A stretch of DNA of 64,000 nucleotides from Eledone cirrhosa (Eukaryota): the NCBI GenBank assembly GCA_964016885.1, contig OZ024740.1, positions 175,832,001 to 175,896,000 of the forward strand. Reading direction: 5' to 3'. The notes below the pieces were generated by a model. It was not told where the DNA came from. It searched no databases and worked only from the letters and a program-made list of their open reading frames with translations. Shown one piece after another: positions 39,939 to 51,838 of the stretch (positions are counted from its first letter, which is position 1; the number at the start of each line of letters is the position of its first letter). The translations under genes and the position numbers were made by a program.

Positions 39939-42705
39939 AATGAAAATATTACTGATGCCAAATAACACAGTATAACGTGATAAGCTGACAATGAAGATAG
40001 ATAAGCATCTAAACACTTATTGAATAAAACTGCTATCAAAACTAGAATGAATGAATTTTGAAAGAAAGTGTATAAATAATTTGGAATCTTTAAATTACAT
40101 TGGTTATATTAATGGAGAAATGAAAAGACCGATAATGGATCAATATGAAACGGTTAAAGCCACTGTAATATAACGAATCTCAATACCCATACATCAGTTC
40201 TGATTCAATTAATTGTAGGACAGTTGCAGTTATGCAATTATTAAAGCTGAACTAGATATCTTTCAGGGGTCTACAAGGAATTTCATGACAAATTATGGAA
40301 TCCTCAAAGTCGCAATCCAATGTGCTGCTCTTTTTATAACCAGTGAATCTTAAGGGGATTGAGACTAATAAATGTGAAATAATGGAAAACCATTTTACTG
40401 AAACTAACATCTACAGTATGTCTACAAAGAATAGAGAAAGGAAGAGAAAGTACGCCCTTAATTTCTGATAGTTTCGTATGGGAATTTTAATCCTTGAAAA
40501 CATTATCCCTCTCCATATCTGTACACAGCCGATTTCTTCTAGAGAAGAAGAGAGAAAATGATAAAGAGATATAGAGGAAAAATCGATCCCACTATTGGAT
40601 TGGTACCATATTAGCTACCCTGAAAGGATAACAGGCAAAGTATATGAACTCTGAGCGCATTTAACCGGAACAAATTCAGACATTTAATCCGATGCCCTAA
40701 CAACTCCGCCAATTCGCTGTTTCTATAAAGAGTAACAATAATGCTTTCTTGTACTAGGTCAAAGGTATAAAGTTGTAAAACGCCGGTATAGATACAGTCT
40801 AACTATCAAACTAACTTCAGTTCATTACTCTTACTTATTTATCGATCCTCAATAATGATATTCAGTATTGGAACCCTGTAAATGACCATAGGTATTTTCC
40901 GACCTATGTTTAGTAATTCATTAAACATATTCCTCGATAAAAACCCACAACTTTCACAAGTCAATGAGGGAGTCTATGCAATCACTAGACTTGCTAGTTA
41001 CAGTAGCCAAATTTCCCTCAAATTAAACCCTACTCTTTTCGCCTTTTTTAAAAAAGGAAATGCACATTAGATAACGTAGTTCTTGTTAACTCTAAAATTA
41101 AGGACGGTCATTACTTGAATGTTTTTAATCAGAGCCATGAATTTGTAGGAAAGAGGAATCATCAATTGAATCGACCACAGTAAATTCCTGGTACATATTT
41201 TATTACCGTCCCTTTAGGATATTAAAACGTATGTGCATATCAGCAAGATATAGACTAGAGAGAGAAGAGAGGTGGAACAATAGGCATTCAGTGGAACATT
41301 CTAATGCGTCTGCCAAAATACATTAATTACATTGTTATGCCAATATAAATAAGTTTCTTTTCTAACAGGTGGCCCACCATAAAATAGTATTTATTGCTGA
41401 CTATATGTATATATGACTGCAATGCATGTCACTTAATAAATAAATGAACGGCAGCGGTGGTGGTGTTTTTCGTGTTGGAGGTAAGGGATTTGGTGGTCGT
41501 GGTGATGGTGGTAGTGGTATTCAGGGCAATGTTGGTGGTGGTGGTGGTGGTGGTGGTAATGGCGTGGTGGTGAGTCGGGAGTGTTGGTAGTAGTGATAGT
41601 GATTATTGTGGTGTTAACCCTCAATACCCAATGCTACCACTATGATCACCATCAATACTACCACCACCACCACCACCACCGCCACCGCCACCACCGCCAC
41701 CACGTCGAACACCACCCACAAAAATTATAGCCACATTTCCTACATACTACACACTATTGTAGTGAATCTCAAACAATTGTGCACCACAGATTATCAAAAA
41801 TATAATGTAAGGTTTTAGAAAGTTCCTACTGCAGTACGGCCGAATGGCTAACAAGTTTGCTTTGCAATTATAAATTTCTGTGTTCAGTCCCACTTCGCGC
41901 CAACTTAGACAAATGTCATTCATTTACCATGGCTCTCATCAAACCCATGTGAGAGAACTTGAGCTGACTTCAATGAACCAGCTTTATTACTCACTATGTC
42001 ATAACTAATCTCCCTAAGAACTACTTTAATGGCACACATGTTTGTAAACGTTAATTTTACGAACGGATTGTCGAACAACTGGAAAACTCGTCATCGAAAC
42101 TGATGCAGATCCACTTGAAAAATGCTTGCGTGTCTTGACATGTTGTTCATAATTTTGTCATGTACAAGTATGAGTAATGAAACTAGATAATCAATAGCTT
42201 CTTATATACTATATTTCAACATTTTTAACTTTAAAACAATTTTCTTTTCAACTTTCCATGTAAAGAGCGCCACTAATTTGATCCCCACTACACCATGAAA
42301 TCAAACTTTGGATCCTTTGCAGGACTGTATTAAAAGAAAAAAGAAAAAAGAAAAAAGGCATGAATCGCAGGGTGGTGTGATCCCGGAAACAGACCTTAGG
42401 AAAATACACGATGTTCATGTCTGGAACGCTTTTGATTATAGGCCTGCTAGAGGGAGGGCTAAATCAGCAACAACAACGACGACGACGGCGGTAATGATGA
42501 CAACACAAACAGCAGCAAGAATAAAACCAACGGCAACAAGGACTCCAACAATAATTTTCCTAGAAAATTGATGGTTTTCTGCCAAAACTAGAAATCATTA
42601 CTGCAGAGGAAATACGTACTTTCACAGCTGGCTCTCTTACAGAAGAAAAAAAAAACAGCTTCCATAATGCTTATGATGCGGCCGGCATGGACCGAAAGAC
42701 AATTG

Positions 42706-42768
<63 letters not shown>

Positions 42769-42968
42769 ATATATATATTACTTTTACTTAATAAAATAAC
42801 AATAAATAATATTGCTAAATGTATGGCTCAAAATTGCGCTGGGAATTTCAATTAAAACCTTCTGACTCGTGCGTATCATCGATATTGTTGTTGTTGTTGT
42901 TGTTGTTGTTGCTGCTACTGCTGCTGCTACTGCTTCTTCTTCTTCTTCTTCTTCTTCTTCTTCTTCTT

Positions 42969-42999
<31 letters not shown>

Positions 43000-44216
43000 A
43001 CTCTGATAGAGTAGACATATGATCTAATGCATTCCAACCGTAAACAGTTAATCCTTATTGGATATTTAACACTACATTGTTCAATGTATCCTTTTTCTGT
43101 TTATAGAGTGATAATATATGATTTGGTGGAAATGTGATTTTCTTCCCCTGTGTTGGGCAATTGCCTCTGATTTGAAGAAAGCTTTGTTTTCTTTTTCTTT
43201 TTATAGCAAGAAAGAGTGATTTGGAATAAATTTGACAACTGTTGTCCTTTTGAGGCGACAGAGACTGATTTTGGTGGCATTTGGCGGTTGTCCACCTTTT
43301 TTAAGGGCTAAAGGTTGGCATTTGAGGAGGATTTGGCAGCTATTTCTTGTAGGATGAGCTGCTGTACAAAAGCTTCTTCGTTAACATATTATTGTTCTTG
43401 GTAAACAAACATACTCTTGTTATTTTTGTTAGAGTGGCAAATAGGTTTGATATTTATCGTTGTTGTTAGTGTAGTTGAAGTGGTGGCAGTTTTGGTGGTA
43501 GTAAAGGCGGAGAGGAAGGTGGTCTTAGTAGAGATTATGTTGTTAACGTACTTTTTAGAAATATATAAATAAATAAATATATTCATAAATAAATATTTAC
43601 ATAAATAAATATAAATAAATGTGATTCTAGAAAAGTAGTTTAATTAATGCATGTACCATATGGAATTTCGTGAGTAAATTTCCAAATTATTTAAAACAAA
43701 AGCTTGAAATCCGATGACAGAATAAAGAATCATGAATGTTTTTGTTGTCTTTTGTCCTATTATTCTGCAAAGATTAACGAAAAGGAAGAACAAGAAAAAT
43801 GATAAAAACTATAAGAAAGAGAGAAGATTTGTTCTTTATGTCATTCGTATTTTGACCACAGAAGTCGTGCTATCGATAAATAAAGTACCAGTCTTTTCTC
43901 CCTTTTTTGTTTTCACTCTCCCAGATTCAGCTACACTGCATTATGAGAAGGCCATAAAGAGCCATTCACTGTGTTTCTTGCTCCTAAGAAATATAATCTG
44001 GCTAGCCGAGAATCTAGATACTTCTCATCTAGCATGCTACATATTCAGTCCAAGAAAACTTAAGATGGCGACAGCAATCGGACCAATGTGCTGTACTGCA
44101 TGGAACAGTTGAAAAATATATTTCTTATCGTTGTTATTCTATTCATGATAGTAGCCATTATATTAGTTCGGTATTGTGTTGTTATTGTGATTCTAATATT
44201 GTATGTATGTATGTAT

Positions 44217-44801
44217 TACTGGTAACATGTATCCCAGTACAACCTGCCTCATGGTCGGATCGTTGGCGACTAAACTGGCAACCCCACCAAGGTTTCTTGG
44301 TGAGGATGGTGACTTTTGACATCCTGCAGGACTAAAAACAAAACCTGTCAAAGTGCAAAGGAGCTCTTAAGAGTAAATGGCCATCCAAAATCACCGGGAG
44401 AGATGAACCCTTAGCCTTTGTCAAGGCAGAATTCTAGAAGAAAAACTCTGATATAACACCTGCAACCCTGATGGTATCCAATGATGTTGACTTGTTCTTC
44501 TTTTTGGTAAATATCATCTTGGTTAAGAGAGTGGGACTGTCTTTGTGCAGTGCCTTTGCTCACTATAAAAGCTTCACGGCACAGGCATTGCTTTATATCT
44601 GGAGATCTCTCTGCACTTGTCGTCACATGGTAACATGGTCCCAGCACTATGTGTCAATAATTGTCACACGTGTAGTGTTTGTACCAGAGTTTTCAAGTCG
44701 CTGGCTGGACTAAAATTTCACACTCGTTCAGCGCATCGGTAGGGGTTCTCCTACATAGATATAAAGTAGTGACCGTACTCGAAAACGAGTTGGCAGCCAC
44801 C
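44217..44801 (+). mobile_element. 600-bp non-autonomous RTE-derived retroposon, copy 2 (slightly 5'-truncated)
   Basis: Colinear with 46871-47458; (ATGT)n on both sides. Confidence 0.8.
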
Positions 44802-44840
44802 ATGTATGTATGTATGTATGTATGTATGTATGTATGTATG

Positions 44841-45075
44841 TTCTTCTGGTTTTATAATTTCAGAAAGTTTTACTAATAGAGAGAGTGTCGGTGTCTAACA
44901 TAGACACAAGACTCTCTCATTGGAATTTACACAACATCAACTAGGTAGATATGTATGTATGCATGCATGTGTAGATATGGATGTTATTGTATGTGTGGAT
45001 GTGTATGTTTTGAGTTGTATGTGTGCATGTGTATATGCTTTGCATCTGTACATGTGTATATGCAGTTATTAGATG
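44841..45075 (-). mobile_element. Short 3' UTR-only copy of the R4/Dong-like element
   Basis: Duplicate of 45132-45366; bounded by (ATGT)n. Confidence 0.75.
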
Positions 45076-45131
45076 TATGTATGTATGTATGTATGTATGT
45101 ATGCATGTATGTATGTATGTATGTATGTATG

Positions 45132-46821
45132 TTCTTTTGGTTTTATAATTTCACAAAATTTTTACCAGTAGAGAGAGACGGTTTCTAACATAGATACAAG
45201 ACTCTCTCATTGGAATTTACACAACATCAACTAGGTAGATTATGTATGCATGTCTGCATGTGTAGATATGGATGTTATTGTATGTGCGGATGTGTATGTT
45301 TTGAGTTGTATGTGTTCCTGTGTATATGCTTTGTATCTGTACATTTGTATATGCAGTTATTAGATGCAACATTTTTGGAATGTTTTACATATTTTTACTG
45401 TTCCATTAATGGATTGTACTTGTAATTTTATAACTAGTTGTGTTCTTTCTGTTTCTGTGAAGCCTAACTTCTCAAGATTTGTATTGGGGCAGTTACTAAC
45501 ATAAATCTGAAGGTGTAATCAGGGTGGAGTATCTGCAGATTTCTCATCAGTTTTGCATAAATATTCTCCTGTTCGCTAATCTTTGATATTATATTGGCAT
45601 CTGGTGGGATGCTAATTTACATTACTGTGCATGCTTTCTTCTCCCTGTCCCATATCATAATATCTGGTCTGTTATGCCTGCATTTTATTGGGGTTTTTAC
45701 TGGAACATTCCACCAGTACTCTTTCATATTATGTACATGGATGTCTTCCACATTGCTGTAGCTTTTTATGTGTTTATTATCGGGGCTATCTTTTTTACGA
45801 ACTGCATTGTACAGTGTTTTGGCCACTATATCATGCCCCATAGGTAGAAAGTACCGCGATGACATCTTTGGACAGCTGCTAATGACATGGGTGATATCCT
45901 TGATGGTAGTTCTGCAGAATCTGCACTTGTTATCACATCTAGATGTTTAGCCTGCATCCCTATCCCTTTTGTGAATCAGGTATTTCGTGTTAATCTCCTG
46001 TTCTTGGATTACAAAAGCGTATCCTTCAAAGTGGGAGCCAATATAGCGGTTGTTGGTCCAAGATAGACTACTTTCCTTATCTATATTACTCTCACTCTGG
46101 AGCTTCCTGGCAACATATCCGTGTATGATTTTTCGCTGATAAGCATGCAGTTTTTCCTCCATGGATTTACTGCGATACTGCTGAGCGACATCCCTGGGTG
46201 TGAAGTTTTGATTATCACACAGGGAATATCTCTCGAGGAGTTCCTTCCCAACTCTCATGATCTTATCTGTTTCATGCAGATAGACTTGCTCGAGAAACGG
46301 GTTCCTACGCTTCGAGGTTCGTAGATGTTGTCGGAGAGATATGATGCGACATTCAAATGTTGTCTGGACTGATGTTAGGCCTCTGCCTCCCTGCTTAAGT
46401 TTCAAGTAAAGGCGGTCTATGTCACTGTTGATGTGGCAGTTTCGGTGTTGTTTAGTATTTTTCAAGTTCTAACATCAACTGCTCGGATTTAGTCTATCGT
46501 CCAATTGAGTATTGCAAACGTTGGTGTTAGGACAGGCACAGCAAACACATTGTGAGCCACTGTTTTGTTTTGCGCAGAGAGTTCCGATGACCAGATCTTT
46601 CTTAATCGGGTGTAGTATTCCCTGGTTACCCGTTCTTTATTACAGATACCATTATAGGATATCTATCCCCAGGTATCTGTACCAGTCCTCATTAGATATC
46701 GGTAAAACAGTTAGGCCATTGATGACAATGTTGCTAGATTGGGTTGTTGTTTTTCTCCGCTTTACAGTCATGTATGAGCATTTATCTTGGCCAAACTCCA
46801 TTCCTATATCCTTTGAGAACA
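45132..46821 (-). mobile_element. 5'-truncated R4/Dong-clade non-LTR retrotransposon with restriction-like endonuclease
   Basis: FSKDIGMEFGQDKC, YRYLGI, SDIDRLYL...GGRGL, IQEQEINTKY, CCHC knuckle CRFCRTTIKDITHVISSC, HDIVAK and RLE motif HNRPDIMIWD; stops and frameshifts present; both ends abut (CATA)n. Confidence 0.88.
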
Positions 46822-46852
46822 TGTATGTATGTATGTATGTATGTATGTATGT

Positions 46853-47458
46853 CAGGTCACCAGTTGGTGCTACTGGTAACATATATCCCAGTACAACCTG
46901 TCTCATGGTCGGGTCGTTGGCGACTAAACTGGCAACCCCACCATGGTTTCTTGGTGAGGAGGGTGACTTTGGACATCCTGCAGGACTAAAAACAAAACCT
47001 GTCAAAGGGCAAAGGAGCTCTTAAGAGTCAATGGCCATCCAAAATCACCGGGAGAGATGACCCCTTAGCCTTTGTCAAGGCAGAATTCTAGGAGAAGGAA
47101 AACTCTGATATAACACCTGCAACCCTGATGGTATCCAATGATGTTGACTTTTTCTTCTTTTTGGTAAATATCATCTTGGTTAAGAGAGAGGGACTGGCTT
47201 TGTGCAGTGCCTTTGCTCACTATAAAAACTTCACGGCACAGGCATTGCTTTATATCTGGAGATCTCTCTGCACTTGTCGTCACATGGTACCATGGGCCCA
47301 GCACTATGTGTCAATAATTGTCACAAGTGTAGTGTTTGTACCAGAGTTTTCAAGTCGCTGGCTGGACTAAAAAGTCACACTCGTTCAGCGCATCGGTAGG
47401 GTTTCTCCTACATGGATATAAAGTAGTGGCCGTACTGGAAAACGAGTTGGCAGCCACC
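46853..47458 (+). mobile_element. 600-bp non-autonomous RTE-derived retroposon, copy 3
   Basis: RTE 5'UTR-type motif ctaggagaaggaaaactctga; 3' part encodes an RTE-type terminal C2H2 finger HKCSVCTRVFKSLAGLKSHTRSAHR*; short 3' UTR, then (ATGT)n tail. Confidence 0.8.
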
Positions 47459-47649
47459 ATGTATGTATGTATGTACGTATTATTATTATTGCTGCATTGG
47501 TGATAATGATGATGATGCCCTTCGTGACGGTTATTATTTATTGTTAATGTTATTTTTATTGTTGCTCTTGTTTTTGTTGTTGTTGTTGTCGTTATTTATG
47601 TGGTGGTGGTGGTGGTGGTGGTGTCATCGTTTTGTCGCTACTGCTACAC

Positions 47650-47687
<38 letters not shown>

Positions 47688-48040
47688 CTTCTTCTTCTTC
47701 TTCTTCTTCTTCTTCTTCTTCTTCTTCTTCTTCTTCTTCTTCTTCTTCAACGAATGCCGTTATACAAAAGAATTTGAATTATGCCAGCGATGAAAATAAA
47801 CTAATAATGTCTGAATCAGACGCCATTGTAATGGAGATGAACATAAATATGCATTAACTGGTAACATTTCCATTATTTTTGTCGTTTGTATTTGTCGTCG
47901 GCGTTTTTGTTGTTATTGCTGTTGCGTTCATATTCAACCCTGTATTGTGTTTCTATAAACTAAATTTCCGTTTTACTACACTAAAATCTAAACGAAAACC
48001 ATACAACTAAATAACAACAACTTCAAATACAATAACAACT

Positions 48041-48250
48041 ATAATAATAATAATTTCTAATTTAGGTACAAGACCAATAATTCGGGGAGAAAGTAAATTC
48101 GATTATATCGACATCAGTACTTTACTGGTATTTTATTTCATCGACACCGGAAGGATAAAAGATAAAGTTGAACTCACAACGCAAAGGGACGTAACTAAAT
48201 ATCACAATGCATTTTGTTACATACTCTAATGATTCAGCCAATCTTCCGCC
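48041..48250 (-). mobile_element. Dominant SINE copy flanked by (AAT)n, directly downstream of Tx1 copy A
   Basis: Head ggcggaagattggctgaatcattag, body gtcgatgaaataaaataccag, 3' end cttgtacctaaattagaaattattatt. Confidence 0.75.
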
Positions 48251-48302
<52 letters not shown>

Positions 48303-48593
48303 TTTCTTTATTTGGCCACAAGGACTGACATCAAGAAAAACATCACAGACGGAACTAGACGGTACGATGTGGGTTTTGTGCGTGTAAATATTTTTATTAT
48401 TTATATAAGAAAAGAAAAAAAAAGACATAAAACATATATATATATAAAAAATAAAATGAAAATTGAAACAATGAAAAATTCCCCAATAGGGAGGAAACCT
48501 CCGAGGGTTACTCGTGGCGAAAACCACACAAAAGACCACGGCCACCCTGACTACCAGGGCAAGCGCCCTCTCTCAATTTTTCCATCTCTCAAA

Positions 48594-51500
48594 CTACAGA
48601 CGTATATTCAGAGTGGTCCCGTTCACTCGGACCATTCTCGCTACATTCACCCACCTTTCAACAAACTTGCTAGAAAGCAGCACTTGCCTCTCCACCCTGA
48701 TTTCCTCTTCAAGTGAAACTTGAAAAAGTTAATTAGGGATTCGCCGAAGAGGAAAGTGTTTGTCTATAATCCTTTTAACCTTGTCCACCACTCAATCTCT
48801 TTCGCCATGGCCACCAGGCAGATGAAAACCGCCTGCCCTTCCTCCTCGAAGGAAGACGGCGAGACCATCTGCACAATGGACTCAGTCGACAACCGGATCT
48901 GTCCCACACGTGACAGCAACTGTTCGACATAGCTCCACAAGTCAGCAATGCTCGGGCACTGAACGAGTGCGTGCACAACGGTTTCGTCGCTATGCGTGCA
49001 TCTCGGACAGGCTCGGCCGACGGCACTTCCGCGCCTGTAGAGCTTATCTGGAACCGGCAGCGTTCCCCGGTAGCACTGCCAGGCCAGGGATTTTTGGAAG
49101 TTATCCATAGGCCCCGGGCTGAAAGTTCTCCGGAAGAGAGCAAGCAGCTGATCTTCTTCGACGCCCAGGATCTCTCCGAGAACGTCGTCGCTCTTCCACT
49201 CCACTAGTTCTCTATAGAACGCCGAGGTGGATGTTCCACCGATACTGGTGCCCAACTGGGAGAGGGCAGTGAGCGCCTGGAGACATTCCAGTTTCCAAGC
49301 GCTATCCCTCGGTCTTTTTCTGACCCAGGACTGCAGCTCCGTCAAGGAGACGAGCTGTGGGAAAATGTGCCTGGCGAATGGCGTCACACCTGTTCACCAT
49401 CAAGGAAGCACCAGAGATGTCGCAGCCTCAGCGCATGTTTGCGCATCATCAGCCATGGCATGCCCAGTCCTCCACGCAACGGGTGTTGACAGCAGATGGA
49501 TCGTCTGACCATGGGAGCGCGTCCCTTCCACAAAAGGCGGAAGAGGAGACGCTCCATTTTGGTGGGAGTTGGGCTGGAGCAAGGGATGACGGTGAGGCGG
49601 TAGCAGATGACGGATGCGATGTACGCATTCGCCACCTCCGCCAGGCCTTACAGGGACAGCTTCCTCTCAGCCCATTTCTGAGTGAGGGAGGCCACCTGCT
49701 CGTCACCTCGTTCCAGTTTTTCTCCATCTGGAGGTCCGGTCCGAACCAGACCCCGAGCAATTTAACCGGTCCGTCCAACGCCCCACGACGCTATCGGACG
49801 GCATGGACTTGCCTCTCCAGGTGCCTAGCTGCAAGGCCACCGACTTTTCCTGGTTTATCTTTGCTCCTGTCACCGCTTCGTATTCCTTGAGAGCGGTGCC
49901 GAGCATCTGGACGTGTCTGGTGCTCGACACCACCACGTTGACGTCGTCAGCGTAAGCGGACTCGGATTTCCCGCATCCTAGTTCGCGTGGGACGCCCCTC
50001 ATCACCCCCAGTTCGTGCAGTAACGGCTCGAGAGCCAATACGTACAAGAGAGACGAGAGGGGACAACCCTGGCGGACTGAGCGCATGATGCTGAACGGCT
50101 GCGACAGGTGACCGTTCACCCTCACAACTGAGCAGATGTCGCTGTACATTGCTGCGATCCAACCCCTGAAAACGGGCCCGAAACCGGCTGCCTCAAGGAC
50201 CGCCGCCAGGTACCGATGGTCGACCCTATCGAATGCTTTGGACTGATCCAAGTTGATCAGGGCCCCACCATTGCCAGGTTCCTTAACCACCCTCTCTATG
50301 ATGTATCGCATGAGGTGGAGCTTGTCGTGTATGGATCTGTCCGGAATGGCGCATGTCTGCGCCTCTCCCACCAGACCCTTGACGACAAGCGCCAACCTCG
50401 TTCCTAACACCTTGGCCAAAATCTTGAACTCTGCGTTTAGCAGGGTTATGGGGCTGGCATTATCGATAACATCCCCATTGATCGGGTCTTTTCTCAGCAG
50501 CACCACCGCTCCCCGGCTCACAAAACTGAGAATGCTCCCGTTCTGCTGCCAGTTGCAGTAGACGTCTGCCAAGAGGTCACCGATCAAGTCTGGCAGTTCA
50601 CAAAGTGCTGCTGAAAAGCTTCACACATCCACTCGGGTTCGAGCATCACGCACCCGTTTTGGTCAGACAAAGACCGAATTGTGGCTTTGTTTCCACGTCG
50701 CGCCTCTGCCACCCGGGCCCATTGGACGGCTTTTGTCCCCTCGTGTTTCAGAGGACGCGCTCTAGCTCTGACAACGCAGCCTTCGTGTTTTGCGTTGAAG
50801 AATTGGTAGAGTGCCAATCTCGCCGCAAGCACGTCGGTTGCGATGCCTGTCCTAAACGCCTCTTCTAGCTTTCTGACTAGCTCTTCCTCTACTCTATTTT
50901 CCTCTATCACTACTCCTTGGCTAAACCTAATTGACTCTACTTTAATTGCCCATTTGAGGGCGAACCACCACCTGTTGTTGACGACCGCTCCCGTCAACGC
51001 CCGCTTGACTAATACGCTAATCCGGTCTCTGTAGGCCTTGCGCGCCGGGAAAGACGCGTTCAGCTTCCAGTAACCAGGCCCTTGTCTATGAAGTCTGTCT
51101 ATGTCGATCTCACAGATCACAAATTTGTGGTCTGTGTAGTCGACTATTTTAAATTGTGGACAACTTATACTAGCCTTATCTAGTTCCCTGCAGAATACCC
51201 TATCTAGGTACGATCTGGATGACCCGATGCGGTTTGTCCATGTCCACATTGGCACATTCGGGTGATCCAGTCGATACCTGTCAGACAGTTCAAAACGTCT
51301 GAACAGGTTGGTGAGGCTCTTGCACCCTCCTCCCCTATCCACTAGCCCCACACAATCCCAGCGTGCATCCAAGATACCGTTCCAGTCGCCCACTAACACT
51401 AAAGAACGGGACGTTCCAAGAAAGGTCTCTAGACGTCTGAAGAAATATGGCCGTCCTGTCCCTGTTGGGGCGTAGACGGCTACTAGCCTGAAAGCATTGC

Positions 51501-51806
51501 CTTCGCTGCCGGTCACGTCCAGCACCACCGACTTACCTTCTGGGTCCAGGAAGATGGCCCGTATGGCGAGATCCAAGCCTCTCCGAAAAAGGACAGCAAC
51601 CCCTCCCCCCGATCCTGGACGACTGGGAGATGCGTATACATCGTAGCCGCCGAAGATCGGTGCGAAGGCCCGTGATCGGAGATTCTGGTTTCACTGATGG
51701 CCACCACATCTATGTTTAGTGACCTGAGGTCATTGAGCAGGTGACCCTTCTTCCAAGATGACCCCAGGCCACGTACATTTATACTGCCTATTCTGAGTAC
51801 AGCCAT
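48594..51806 (-). pseudogene. Tx1 copy A ORF2: APE endonuclease, RT and C-terminal zinc finger (frameshifted)
   Basis: MAVLRIGSINVRGL, ISET, VYAP, GDWN, SYLD, TDH; PITLLN, LDQSKAFDRVDH, VRQGCPLS, YADD; CPRC...ETVVHALVQC; about 0.2 kb is missing near 50600 relative to copy C. Confidence 0.92.
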
Positions 51807-51838
51807 GTTGGATGAGAAACGGGGCAAATGAGAAAGGG

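Noticed and set aside
44060-44112. AAGATGGCG start-like motif of a host gene
   Set aside because: Followed by a stop after 15 codons with no convincing splice donor; no supporting exons.
44217-47458. LTR retrotransposon with 600-bp LTRs flanking an RT
   Set aside because: The direct repeats lack TG...CA ends, PBS and PPT, are separated from the interior by microsatellite, and have RTE features; the interior is an opposite-strand non-LTR R4 element.
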